Translations under genes and position numbers: made by a program
Shown: positions 10,656 through 20,115 of the stretch, one piece after another
How the letters are laid out: each line of letters opens with the position of its first letter
How positions within the stretch are numbered: position 1 is the stretch's first letter
Assembly (NCBI GenBank): GCA_033763455.1
Contig: JANRKO010000062.1
Coordinates: forward strand, 64,001-128,000
Direction: 5' to 3'
DNA: 64,000 nucleotides
Origin: Polyangiaceae bacterium
Lineage (GTDB): Bacteria > Myxococcota_A > Polyangia > Polyangiales > Polyangiaceae
The notes under the pieces: generated by a model
What the model saw: only the letters and a program-made list of their open reading frames with translations
Database searches by the model: none
Told to the model about the DNA's origin: nothing

Positions 10656-10826
10656 TCATGGTGGGGGGGCTTTGCCGCCTTCATCCTCGGCTTCGGCTTC
10701 GGCTAGCTTTTGCTCCACCTCGGCCACGTGTGCCGGAGGGAGGGCAGCGCGCATTTCGCCGAGTGCACGGCGGGCCTCACGGAGCTTGAGAGCGCCGCGA
10801 TCGAAGTCGATACAAATCAGGCACAT
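10656..10826 (-). CDS. Small hypothetical protein with N-terminal CxxC (56 aa, below ORF-track cutoff)
   Basis: Hand translation MCLICIDFDRGALKLREARRALGEMRAALPPAHVAEVEQKLAEAEAEDEGGKAPPP*. Its TGA overlaps the in-frame ATG at 10659 of the downstream ORF (ATGA). Confidence 0.6.
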   Translation of the reverse strand: MCLICIDFDRGALKLREARRALGEMRAALPPAHVAEVEQKLAEAEAEDEGGKAPPP

Positions 10827-10847
10827 GAAGGCAGGCTAGCAGGTATT

Positions 10848-12488
10848 GTGGCGCACGTGGAACCCCGCCAACGTTCCGAGCTCACGCTCCGCCCGTATCA
10901 AAAAGAAGCGCTGAGCGCTGTTTTGGCGGCCCGCCGGAGTGGGGTGCGGCGCATGCTCGTGTGTTTGCCCACGGGTTCGGGCAAAACTGTGATTTTCTCA
11001 GAACTGGCTAAGCTTGCCCAGCGTCAGGTTTTGGTCCTTGCCCACCGTGAGGAGCTCCTTGAGCAGGCCCGCGAGAAGCTCGAACGCGCGTTGGATGGGG
11101 CGGGCATCGTCGCGATCGAACGGGGGGAGCAACGGGCAGGCAAGAACGCCAAGGTGCTCGTTTGCTCGATTCGCTCGCTGCACGAGGCTCGGCTTGCGCA
11201 GGTGCTGGAAGGCAGGGATTTTGGCCTCGTGATTTACGACGAGTGCCATCACGCCGCTGCGGCCGACAATCGGCGCGTGTTGCAACAGCTCGGCGCGTTC
11301 GACTCACAATGGACAGGAACGCTACTTGGTTTTACGGCAACCACTTCGCGCGGCGATGGACAAGGCCTGGATGAGATTTTTGAGCGCATTGTCTACTCGC
11401 GTTCTTTGCCCGAAATGATCGAAGATGGCTTCCTGACGCCCCTCCGAGGCTATCGGATTTCCACTTCGGCAGATCTTAGGCGGCTCAGCGGGAGCGGTCT
11501 GGATTTCGGTGAGGATGAGCTCGCGGAGGCGGTTGATATTGAGGAGCGGAATGCGCTTGTGGCGCGGTCCATTCAGGAGCTTGCGCGCGACCGCAGGACG
11601 ATTGTTTTCTGCGTAACCGTCCAGCACGCGATGCACTTGGCCCAGGCCATGAACGCGGTGGGTGTACGTACCGGCATCGTGCATGGTGCTATGCCGCGTG
11701 ATCTAAGAAAAGAAACGCTGGCTCAGTTTAGAAGTGGGTTCTTTCAGGCCATCACCAATGTCGGAGTTTTGACCGAAGGTTTTGATGATCCGGAAGTTTC
11801 ATGCGTTGCGATGGCGCGCCCAACGCGGTCAGCGGGCCTCTATGCCCAGTGCGTTGGGCGAGGGACCCGCCCCTATCCGGGCAAGGCCAACTGTTTGATT
11901 TTGGATTTTGTGGACCTTTCGACCCTGAGCCTGTGCACGTTGCCCTCTCTGTTCGGTACGCCCTACGAGCTCGACCTTCGTGGTGGGGATGCCAACGAAG
12001 CTCGCAAGGTGTGGCTTCAGATCCAGATGGATCATCCGGGTTTTGAACTAGAAGCGGGGGCCCTCACGCTTTCGGAGATAAAGGCGCGAGCGGCAAGCTT
12101 TGATCCGCTAACCCTCGCCGTGAACGATGAAGTGTTGGCTATCTCTGGCAACGCTTGGTTTTCCTTGGGGCGCTACGGGGTAGGTCTCCACTTTGAGCGC
12201 CAACCTGGCCGCGCAAGCGAGGCTTTGGTCTTGAAGCGCGGGCATCGAGGCAAGGCTTGGGAAGTTACGCTCGATGGCCGAGTCATGAGTCGGTTTTCTC
12301 GCTTGGAAGAGGCCGTGGAAGCTGTAGATTACGAACTCGGGCGCATGGGGAGGCACGCTTTGGTGTCAGCGCGGCCGGGAGCAGCCTGGCGTAGCGGCAA
12401 AGCCGATGATGTGCTTGTTCTTCGCGCCTGGCAGAGAATTAACGGTGGCGCACCAGTGAAGGGTCCGAGGGCGGGGGCGGGCACGTGA
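10848..12488 (+). CDS. SF2 DEAD/DEAH-box helicase (ResIII/IRC3-like)
   Basis: LRPYQ, PTGSGKT, AHREEL, DECHH, TAT, LTEGFD and QCVGRGTR; start GTG uncertain. Confidence 0.88.
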   Translation: MAHVEPRQRSELTLRPYQKEALSAVLAARRSGVRRMLVCLPTGSGKTVIFSELAKLAQRQVLVLAHREELLEQAREKLERALDGAGIVAIERGEQRAGKNAKVLVCSIRSLHEARLAQVLEGRDFGLVIYDECHHAAAADNRRVLQQLGAFDSQWTGTLLGFTATTSRGDGQGLDEIFERIVYSRSLPEMIEDGFLTPLRGYRISTSADLRRLSGSGLDFGEDELAEAVDIEERNALVARSIQELARDRRTIVFCVTVQHAMHLAQAMNAVGVRTGIVHGAMPRDLRKETLAQFRSGFFQAITNVGVLTEGFDDPEVSCVAMARPTRSAGLYAQCVGRGTRPYPGKANCLILDFVDLSTLSLCTLPSLFGTPYELDLRGGDANEARKVWLQIQMDHPGFELEAGALTLSEIKARAASFDPLTLAVNDEVLAISGNAWFSLGRYGVGLHFERQPGRASEALVLKRGHRGKAWEVTLDGRVMSRFSRLEEAVEAVDYELGRMGRHALVSARPGAAWRSGKADDVLVLRAWQRINGGAPVKGPRAGAGT

Positions 12489-13252
12489 GCCTCGGGAGGC
12501 GCAAGGCGCAACTTCTGGACCCCCAAGCGTGGGTGTTCAATCGCATGGCAGATGTCTACGGTGCGCGCCCCGAATATCCAATGGATCTGCTGGAGGCGGT
12601 CGGCGCACTGGCAGGGGAAGAGGGCGCTCGGGTCATCGATCTTGGTGCGGGGATTGGGCACGTGGCCTTGCCGCTTGCGGAGCAAGGCCTCGACGTTGTC
12701 GCGGTGGAGCCAGCCGAAGCGATGCTGGAACGATTAAAAACGCGGGCTGTCGCACGGGGGATTTCTATCAAGGCACTTCACGCGACAGCTGAAGCTCTGC
12801 CGCTTCCGAGCGGCTCCGCCGATTTGATCGTGATCGCGGACGCTCTGCACTTTCTGGATGTGACACTCTCGGCCGGAGAAGTGGCACGTGTGCTCGCTCC
12901 GCGGGGCGCTCTGGCCATCATTACTAGCGAATTTAGCGACACCGCCTGGATGCGGGGGCTCACCCAACTGATGGAGGAAGCAGCACCGCGCCGTCCGCGA
13001 CAGGTGAGCTCGGCGATCACGCAGATGTTCAGAATGTCACGAATTTCAGCCGTCAATGTGCGAGAATATGCAGACGAGACGCCGGTGGATTCGAGCACGT
13101 TGGAGGAAATTTTGCGTTCAATTTCCTTCATTGGCCCGGCGATGAATCCCGAACGCTTCGAACGTTTTCGCACGCGCGTGCACGCTCTCGTGGAGGAGCC
13201 AGTCTGGGCTCGCCGGTTCACGCTGTATTCTGGGCGGCAGACGAGGGCGTAA
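12485..13252 (+). CDS. Class I SAM-dependent methyltransferase
   Basis: RPEYP, VIDLGAGIG, VAVEP and AEALPL; GTGA overlap with the helicase stop. Confidence 0.85.
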   Translation: MSLGRRKAQLLDPQAWVFNRMADVYGARPEYPMDLLEAVGALAGEEGARVIDLGAGIGHVALPLAEQGLDVVAVEPAEAMLERLKTRAVARGISIKALHATAEALPLPSGSADLIVIADALHFLDVTLSAGEVARVLAPRGALAIITSEFSDTAWMRGLTQLMEEAAPRRPRQVSSAITQMFRMSRISAVNVREYADETPVDSSTLEEILRSISFIGPAMNPERFERFRTRVHALVEEPVWARRFTLYSGRQTRA

Positions 13253-13269
13253 GCTTCCTATTCGCCCGC

Positions 13270-13812
13270 TTAACGTGGCGGCCGGCGCGCAAACTGGAGT
13301 TCATCGCGCGGGATTTCGTCGATCCAACCAGCTTTCGCGTCTGGAAAAGCATCTGCGTAGGGAATGTACGGTTTGATATCCAGGATGGGTGTTCCGTTCA
13401 GTAAATCGATGCCGAGCACACGCAGGTTACAACCATCGACGCTCAGTAATTGAACCGCCGAGAGGCCGAGCGGATTCGGTCTGTCCGGAGAACGCGTGGC
13501 GAACACGCCTCTTGGGGTGCGTTTGCCGCGTGGCGGTCGAACCTGTGGCGCCCAGCTGCCGCCACGATCGAGCCAGCTTAAGATCCAGATGCGCTCAATG
13601 CCATTCAGATCAGCAAGGGCTTCGGGTGGGATGCGAGTTGGATCGAGTTCGAGTGTCGCTTCGGAGTGCGAATCGATGGCGCTAGCTTGCTGAGGTGTGC
13701 CAAAGCGTCGAACATAGGGAGAGCGGACCCAGCCCACAGGTTCGAGATGAAATGGCCCAAGTTGGCGGGGGACCTCTGGGGGCATGCACCGTGCCATAGC
13801 CGATCCGGCCAC
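13270..13812 (-). CDS. trmO: tRNA (N6-threonylcarbamoyladenosine(37)-N6)-methyltransferase TrmO
   Basis: GVFATRSPDRPNPLGLS and GTPILDIKPY signatures; the exact start may be a few codons downstream. Confidence 0.9.
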   Translation of the reverse strand: MAGSAMARCMPPEVPRQLGPFHLEPVGWVRSPYVRRFGTPQQASAIDSHSEATLELDPTRIPPEALADLNGIERIWILSWLDRGGSWAPQVRPPRGKRTPRGVFATRSPDRPNPLGLSAVQLLSVDGCNLRVLGIDLLNGTPILDIKPYIPYADAFPDAKAGWIDEIPRDELQFARRPPR

Positions 13813-13896
13813 TTCGCGAGAAGGCCTTGCCGATCTGCTCGACGCTTCCTGCCGCGGAAGCTAGGGTCCAAAGGTGCCTACACACCGGAGCCCCCA

Positions 13897-14562
13897 ATGA
13901 AACCTTGGATCGAACTCGATCGAGCCACGGTTCCAGGTGGTGGCATTTTATCCCTACATCAACACGACACCGAGCTCACCATTCGCATTGATGGCCATGA
14001 GCTGATGGGCACACGGCGCCACGCTTCAGAAGAGCGGCTAGCTGAGGCGGCGCTCAACGAGAAGACACCGAAAGACGCTCGCGTGCTGATCGGTGGTTTG
14101 GGTATTGGGTACACAATCCGGGCGACGCTCGATAGGGTTGGTCCACGCGCTCGGGTGGACGTGGCGGAGCTCGTGCCCGCGGTTGTGCGATGGAATCGGG
14201 GAATTTTGGCACCATTTGCGGGGAGGCCATTGGAAGACCGACGCGTGCACGTGATCGAGCGTGATGTCGCCGACATTTTGCGTGAATCGAAGGCCCTCTA
14301 CGACGCGATCTTGCTCGATACCGACAACGGCCCCGCCGCTCTAACGGTGGCGTCGAACAAGAGCCTGTACAATGCAGGGGGGCTTGCGGTTGCTGTCAAA
14401 GCTTTGCGTCCGAAGGGCGTCTTGGCGGTCTGGTCCGCTTCGGATGAGCCAAGTTTCACTGCACGGCTCCAGCGTTGCGGATTCAACGTTACTATTGAGC
14501 GCCCTGCCGCTCACGGCACGCGCGGTTTGCGGCACTTTTTGTGGTTAGCTCAGCGCCGCTAG
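13897..14562 (+). CDS. Spermidine synthase-like SAM-binding protein
   Basis: ELM...SEERLA, VLIGGLGIGYT, DAILLDTDNGP and GVLAVWSA. Confidence 0.8.
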   Translation: MKPWIELDRATVPGGGILSLHQHDTELTIRIDGHELMGTRRHASEERLAEAALNEKTPKDARVLIGGLGIGYTIRATLDRVGPRARVDVAELVPAVVRWNRGILAPFAGRPLEDRRVHVIERDVADILRESKALYDAILLDTDNGPAALTVASNKSLYNAGGLAVAVKALRPKGVLAVWSASDEPSFTARLQRCGFNVTIERPAAHGTRGLRHFLWLAQRR

Positions 14563-14579
14563 GGTGCTTTAGATGCTAC

Positions 14580-14595
14580 GCCTTCAGCTGAGGGC
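14580..14595. terminator. Short hairpin between convergent genes (possible terminator)
   Basis: GCCTTCAGCTGAGGGC near-palindrome in a 34-bp convergent gap; no U-tract. Confidence 0.25.
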
Positions 14596-14596
14596 A

Positions 14597-17500
14597 TTAC
14601 CTGAGTGCTGCAACAGCCAGGGCAGCGCTCGCAAGCGGGATAGGGGCTCGCGGTTTCAATTCTGGCGCGAAGATGGAGACGCGTAACTCTTCGAGTTGGA
14701 AACGGACCTCTCTCACAGCTTTTTGATCTTGGGCGGTGGCTTGTTTGGCGAGAAAATCACGAAAAACAGGCGCAAACGGCGCCGCCTTGCTAGCGTCTTT
14801 GCGTGGGTCGGTGGTCGCGCGCGCCAGGCGGGCTTGAACCGCTCGCAAATAGCGCGGGAACTGATCAAGTTGTTGAAGCTCCACGTGGGCGATTAGATCG
14901 CGAGGGAAGAGTTGATCGAGCTGACTGCGTACGTCGTTCACGGCGGCGGTACCGCTCGGCTGCTGAGCCGCGATATCGAGCGCCCGCACCGTGCGTTCGA
15001 GTTCGGTGGTCACCGCGTGTATGGAGCGTGCCCATGCTTCGAAGACTGGCACTAGGCGCGCACTGCCTGAAGCCACGAGAGCAGTGAACGCAAGCTTGGT
15101 GCGTGGTAAATCTTGTCCCAGTTGGAAGGCCTCCTCCACTACACGTAACAACAGTGTGTCTCGAAAGGCGTCCGCGTCGGCTTTGCTATGGAGCAGGCCT
15201 TTGCGATGCGTGAAAGGTGGAGGCGCTCGTTTGGCGAGCGCGCTGAGTTGGGTGCGAGTCGAAAGGGCGAGCAGACGTCGGAGCCCTGCGAAGTGGGCAG
15301 CTCGAGCGGCGGCAGGGGATTCGAGCAAGGTGAGCGAAACCGTTTTCTGTTGATCGACAAGGGTGGGAAAGGCACGGAGGGGTGTGCCCTGAACCGTGCG
15401 GATAACGTGTTCCGGCAAGTCCGGAAAATCCCATGAAGTGAGGCCGGAGTGTTCCCACGACTCTGTGTCCACGGCTTCTCGAAAGGCTTCGCGCGCACGG
15501 GGCCCAAACTTACGCAGCAGCCACGCCGCGTCGCGGCTTTGCGCAAGAACCATCCCCGCTTCATCCACCACTCGGAAATTAAAGCGCAGGTAGCCAGCAA
15601 TAGCGTCTGGGCAAAATACTTCTTCTGGCACCTTCACACCAGTGAGCGACAGCACCGCACGAGAGAGCTCACTCAGCATGGAGCCTTTGAACGGGGTTAA
15701 ACGCGCCGCCACTTGGGGCGCAAGCTCGGCCAGCACTCCGAGCTCCCGCCGAACCGTGCGAGGTAGCTCCTCCAGCAGCTGGGCGACCTTTTGTTCATGC
15801 CATCCCGAGATTATCCATTCCAATTCACCGGTGGTTAACTGGGGCAAACAGGCGAGCGGCAGCGTGAGCGTGATGCCGTCATCGTCAGCGCCTGGTTCGA
15901 AGCGGTAGGTGGCAGGCAGCTCGACGCCGTGAAAGTTGAGCGTGTCCGGAAAATCCTCGGGCCGCAGACGGTGATCGTTGGAGAGCACATCTGCAAGGGA
16001 TAGGTAGAGAATGCGAGGATCAGATCTTTCCGCAGCTTCTCGCCAGTCTTCGAAGGTCTTGCCGTTCACCACTTCTTGGCCGACTCGTCGCTCGAAGAAG
16101 TCGAACAGGGCCTCGTCGTCCGCCAGCATGTCGCTCTGCCTCGCTTTGTCGCGCAGGCGGGCAACTTCAGCCAAAAGCTGCCGGTTCTTCTCTTGAAAAG
16201 CACCCCGGCTCCTGTATTCGCCGCGGACCAGTGCGTGTTCCAAGAACATCTGGCGCGCGCGTGCCGGGGCAACGCTCGCGTAATCCACACTCTTGTCCCG
16301 TAGGACGGGCAACCCGAAAAGAGTAGCGTGTTCTTTTATCGACGCGCGGGCGGATTTCTCCGACCAATGGGGCTGAGAGTAGCTCCGCTTCAGAAGGTGC
16401 GCGCCCACCTCCGCTAACCACTCCGGCTCTACTTTGGCGCAGGTGCGCGCAAACAGTTGAGTGGTTTCTACCAGCTCAAACGTCATCACCCACGCTGGTG
16501 GCTTCTTGGCCAAGGTGGAAGCAGGATGCAGCGCAAAACGAGTTTGGCGCGCGCCAAAATAGTTGCGGTGTTCGGGATCCCAGTGGCCGATCCTCGAAAG
16601 CAAGCCGCTCAACAGGGCACGGTGCAAGGCCGCAGTGAGATCGTTCGATTGGTTGCGTTTGGCTTGCTTGCCTTGTGTGTGCCGGGCTCCTGTTGGCAAT
16701 CTGAGTTCTTGGACGGTACTTGTGAGTTGTTGGTGCACCTCGCTCCATTCGCGCATCCGGAGGAACGAGAGGAAGTTTTCCTTGCAGGCCTTTCGCAGCT
16801 GCGAAGTGCTGCGCTGTTCCTGAGCAAAGCTCCACAGGCGCAAGAGCCCGGAAAAATCGGAATCTTCATCCCGAAAACGTCGATGTAGCTGGTCGGCTTT
16901 TTGCTCAAGGCCGCGTGGCCTTTCGCGCGGATCTTGGATGTTCAGAGCAGCGGTGATGATCAAGATTTCTGCAAGGCAGCCATATTCAGCGCCAGCCAAA
17001 ATCATCCGCCCCACTCGTGGATCTACTGGAAAACGTGCGAGCGTTTTGCCCAGAGGCGTGAGCTCGCGTGCATCGTCGAGGGCGCCGAGTTCTTGCAGCA
17101 CCCGGTAACCTTCAGCAATCGCCCGAGTGCTTGGAGGATCCAAGAAAGGAAAGTCTTCCACGTCTCCCAACCCGAGTGACTTCATGCGCAGAATGACGCC
17201 AGAAAGCCCCGTGCGCTTCATTTCTGGATCAGTGAACCGAGGGCGCGCCAGGTAACTCTGTTCGTCGTATAAGCGAACACAAATTCCATCGCGGATCCGG
17301 CCACAACGCCCCTTCCTCTGATCCGCACTAGCCTGAGAAATTCCCTCGACTTGCAGGCGCGTGATGCCGGTGCGTGGTTCGTAGCGTGAAAGCCGAGCGA
17401 CGCCCGTATCCACCACATACACGATGCCCGGAATCGTGAGTGAGGTCTCGGCCACATTGGTGGCCAAAATGATGCGACGGCCCGCGATATTTTCGAACAC

Positions 17501-18325
17501 ACGCCGCTGCTCGGCTGCAGATAGCCTTGAATATAGGGGTTGGACGGTGGTGTGGCGGAGCCGTTTGGCGAGGAGGGCCTGCTCGGTTTCTCGGATTTCG
17601 CGTTCGCCCGGGAGAAAAACCAAGATGTCACCGCGTGGATCCAGCGATGTGAGATTCTCAACGGAGGCGGCCACTTGGTCCGGCATATCCAGCTCATTTG
17701 AAGGGGGCTCATAGAGCACCTCCACAGGGAAGGTTCGCCCCTCGACCTGCACTACCGGAGCTTGGTTGAAAAACTGGGAGAAGCGCTCCGTCTCGATGGT
17801 TGCCGAGCTAACAATTACCTTTAGATCCGGGCGTTGTGGCAAAATGCGCTTGAGCCAACCCAGCAGAAAATCGATCGTGAGGCTGCGTTCGTGAGCTTCA
17901 TCGATGATGAGCGTATCGTAGCGACGAAGCAGCGGATCACCCTGAGTTTCCGCGAGCAAGATGCCGTCGGTCATGAACTTCACCCATGTGTCGGGGCCAG
18001 TTCGGTCTTCGAAGCGGATCTGGTAACCCACCTCCGCCCCGAGCGTGCACTTAAGTTCGCTTGCGACCCGGGTTGCGACGCTCGTGGCTGCAATGCGGCG
18101 AGGTTGTGTGACGCCGATCAGTTGGTTGCTCCCGCGCCCCATCTTGAGCGCCACTTTAGGTAGCTGTGTGGTCTTGCCCGAACCCGTGGCTCCCACAACA
18201 ATCACTACCTGGTGTTGGTCGAGCGCCGCGATGATGTCGTTGACGCGTGCTGAGATCGGTAGCTCTGAAGGAAACCGAATGGGGGCACGCCCCGTGGACG
18301 GCTGATCTTCTGAGGGGCCTGACAT
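14597..18325 (-). CDS. hrpA: ATP-dependent RNA helicase HrpA
   Basis: GATGSGKTTQLP, TQPRRIAA, DEAHERS, SAT, TNVAETSLT, QRKGRCGR and an HrpA-type C-terminus (LEELRVSIFAPEL); about 1240 aa. Confidence 0.95.
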   Translation of the reverse strand: MSGPSEDQPSTGRAPIRFPSELPISARVNDIIAALDQHQVVIVVGATGSGKTTQLPKVALKMGRGSNQLIGVTQPRRIAATSVATRVASELKCTLGAEVGYQIRFEDRTGPDTWVKFMTDGILLAETQGDPLLRRYDTLIIDEAHERSLTIDFLLGWLKRILPQRPDLKVIVSSATIETERFSQFFNQAPVVQVEGRTFPVEVLYEPPSNELDMPDQVAASVENLTSLDPRGDILVFLPGEREIRETEQALLAKRLRHTTVQPLYSRLSAAEQRRVFENIAGRRIILATNVAETSLTIPGIVYVVDTGVARLSRYEPRTGITRLQVEGISQASADQRKGRCGRIRDGICVRLYDEQSYLARPRFTDPEMKRTGLSGVILRMKSLGLGDVEDFPFLDPPSTRAIAEGYRVLQELGALDDARELTPLGKTLARFPVDPRVGRMILAGAEYGCLAEILIITAALNIQDPRERPRGLEQKADQLHRRFRDEDSDFSGLLRLWSFAQEQRSTSQLRKACKENFLSFLRMREWSEVHQQLTSTVQELRLPTGARHTQGKQAKRNQSNDLTAALHRALLSGLLSRIGHWDPEHRNYFGARQTRFALHPASTLAKKPPAWVMTFELVETTQLFARTCAKVEPEWLAEVGAHLLKRSYSQPHWSEKSARASIKEHATLFGLPVLRDKSVDYASVAPARARQMFLEHALVRGEYRSRGAFQEKNRQLLAEVARLRDKARQSDMLADDEALFDFFERRVGQEVVNGKTFEDWREAAERSDPRILYLSLADVLSNDHRLRPEDFPDTLNFHGVELPATYRFEPGADDDGITLTLPLACLPQLTTGELEWIISGWHEQKVAQLLEELPRTVRRELGVLAELAPQVAARLTPFKGSMLSELSRAVLSLTGVKVPEEVFCPDAIAGYLRFNFRVVDEAGMVLAQSRDAAWLLRKFGPRAREAFREAVDTESWEHSGLTSWDFPDLPEHVIRTVQGTPLRAFPTLVDQQKTVSLTLLESPAAARAAHFAGLRRLLALSTRTQLSALAKRAPPPFTHRKGLLHSKADADAFRDTLLLRVVEEAFQLGQDLPRTKLAFTALVASGSARLVPVFEAWARSIHAVTTELERTVRALDIAAQQPSGTAAVNDVRSQLDQLFPRDLIAHVELQQLDQFPRYLRAVQARLARATTDPRKDASKAAPFAPVFRDFLAKQATAQDQKAVREVRFQLEELRVSIFAPELKPRAPIPLASAALAVAALR

Positions 18326-18362
18326 GCGGGGGCTGCTTAGCACGGGATGAATTGGCGAGAAG

Positions 18363-20015
18363 CTACTTCACGCACCACGCCGCCCAGATCGATCGGTACG
18401 CGGCCTCGAGCTCGCGGGCGAAGCCAGCCTTATCGCACAGGGGAGAGTTCAACATGCGTCCGCGTAGATCGCCGCGCAGCCTCGCGAGGGCCTCCCTCTT
18501 TGTGCTGAGCTCTACAGCGCATTTCACGTACGCGTCGCGGTCTGCTGCCGCAAGCTCGGCCAAGCCTAGCCGCGTTAGAAGATCTAAGCCAACGCGCGAT
18601 GCGTGCCTTTCTCCTACCAAAGATACAACGGGAACCCCCATCCAGAAAGCCTCGCAGGTCGTGGTGGTGCCACAATACGGAAACGGATCGAGCCCGATGT
18701 CGACCTCTCTGTAGCGCGCCAGGTGTTCGTCGATGGTGGGCGCCTCTGCAAGGAGCTTGAGGCGACGCGGAGGAATGCCGTGCGCTTTGAACTTCGCCTC
18801 GAACAGTCTGCGCACTCCCGGGTCCGCGAAGGGTGCAGCCTTTAGCATGAGCTTTGAGCCCTGTACCTCCTTGATGATCCGACTCCACGTTTCGATAACC
18901 TGGGGGCCCACCTTGGCGAGATTGCTGAAGGAGCCAAACGTGATGTTCCCATGGGCGAAAGCTGGAAGCTCTGACACTTCGGGCGCCGTGGCCCAGGGCT
19001 CGTAACACAGAAAGCCGTGGGGCAAGCGGCAGAGCTTCTCCGTGTAAGTTGCGTCCTGGGGCCCTTCCGGATCCGCGATGGCGTCAGTGATGCGATAACC
19101 CACCGTTGAAAGACCCGTGGTGTTGGGGTAGCCGAGCCAAGTAACTTGTACGGGCGCGGGAGCACGCGCGAACACGCCGAGGCGGTTTCCGGCTGAATGC
19201 CCCGAAAGATCGACGAGCACATCTATCCGATCTTGACGCACACGGGCTGCGACCTCTTCGTCCGAAAGCCCAAAAATCTCCACCCATTCGTCCGAAAGGC
19301 CCCGTAGCCGTTCGGTGGTTTCGTCGACGCGCACGTTAGCCTGGTAGCACACTGTTTCTACGCGCGAGCGATCATGAGCCGATAGCAGGGGTGCGAAAAA
19401 GAAAGCAACTGAATGCGTCCTCAAGTCTGCAGATACATACCCCACGCGCAGCTTCCGTGTTGGGTCGCGGTCGTTGGTGTGGGTTGCATGAGGCGAAAGG
19501 GCGGGATGAGCTTCGCCCCATGCTCGGTGTTCGCGCGCAATCTCAGAGGTAGTGGTTTGTTCGAGTAGATTCAGCGTAAGTAGCAGGTTCGAGTGAGAGT
19601 CACTGTCTTTGGCTACGGCAATTGCTCGCGCAAGGTGCTTCAGCGTCCCCGTGGCGTCGCCTGTGAGTTGTAGCACATTTGCGAGGTTCTTGTGGGCGTC
19701 GTGGGAGTTTGGCTCAAGCTTGAGTGCGGCCCGGTATTGCTCCTGCGCAAGGCTGAGTTGCCCGACGGCTTTGTAAGCCGCCCCCAGGTTAACGCGCACA
19801 TAGGCCGCTCGGCAGCCGTTTTTAATCGCACGCTCCATGAGGTCGATAGCGCGTGCGTAGTCCCCGCGTTGATAACAAATTAGGCCAGTGAGTTGGAGAG
19901 CATCGTAGTCTCGCGGGTTCTTTGCGAGCACCTCGGCGTAGGTTGCCTCAGCTTCTTCCAAGCGGCCTTGGCGATGCAAAGCCGTGGCAAGAGTCAACAG
20001 TTGCACTCGATCCAT
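18363..20015 (-). CDS. TPR-containing O-GlcNAc transferase/SPINDLY-like glycosyltransferase (GT41)
   Basis: N-terminal TPRs; RVGYVSADLRTHSV, DLSGHS, APVQVTWLGYPNTTG, FGSFSNLAK and LDPFPYCGTTTTCEAFWMGVPVV. Confidence 0.92.
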   Translation of the reverse strand: MDRVQLLTLATALHRQGRLEEAEATYAEVLAKNPRDYDALQLTGLICYQRGDYARAIDLMERAIKNGCRAAYVRVNLGAAYKAVGQLSLAQEQYRAALKLEPNSHDAHKNLANVLQLTGDATGTLKHLARAIAVAKDSDSHSNLLLTLNLLEQTTTSEIAREHRAWGEAHPALSPHATHTNDRDPTRKLRVGYVSADLRTHSVAFFFAPLLSAHDRSRVETVCYQANVRVDETTERLRGLSDEWVEIFGLSDEEVAARVRQDRIDVLVDLSGHSAGNRLGVFARAPAPVQVTWLGYPNTTGLSTVGYRITDAIADPEGPQDATYTEKLCRLPHGFLCYEPWATAPEVSELPAFAHGNITFGSFSNLAKVGPQVIETWSRIIKEVQGSKLMLKAAPFADPGVRRLFEAKFKAHGIPPRRLKLLAEAPTIDEHLARYREVDIGLDPFPYCGTTTTCEAFWMGVPVVSLVGERHASRVGLDLLTRLGLAELAAADRDAYVKCAVELSTKREALARLRGDLRGRMLNSPLCDKAGFARELEAAYRSIWAAWCVK

Positions 20016-20115
20016 CGAGAAAAAGGTTAACAGTTTTCCAGGCTAGGCCTAGCCGCACGGAGCCCCTTCTTTGACGCTGGCCTCGGAAGCTCGGCTCCCT
20101 CTACACTTTACGATC

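Noticed and set aside
10848..13252. Helicase plus methyltransferase as a type III restriction-modification or defence system
   Set aside because: The methyltransferase has no DPPY/NPPY or PC motif and looks like a small-molecule class I enzyme; no nuclease motif is evident in the helicase.
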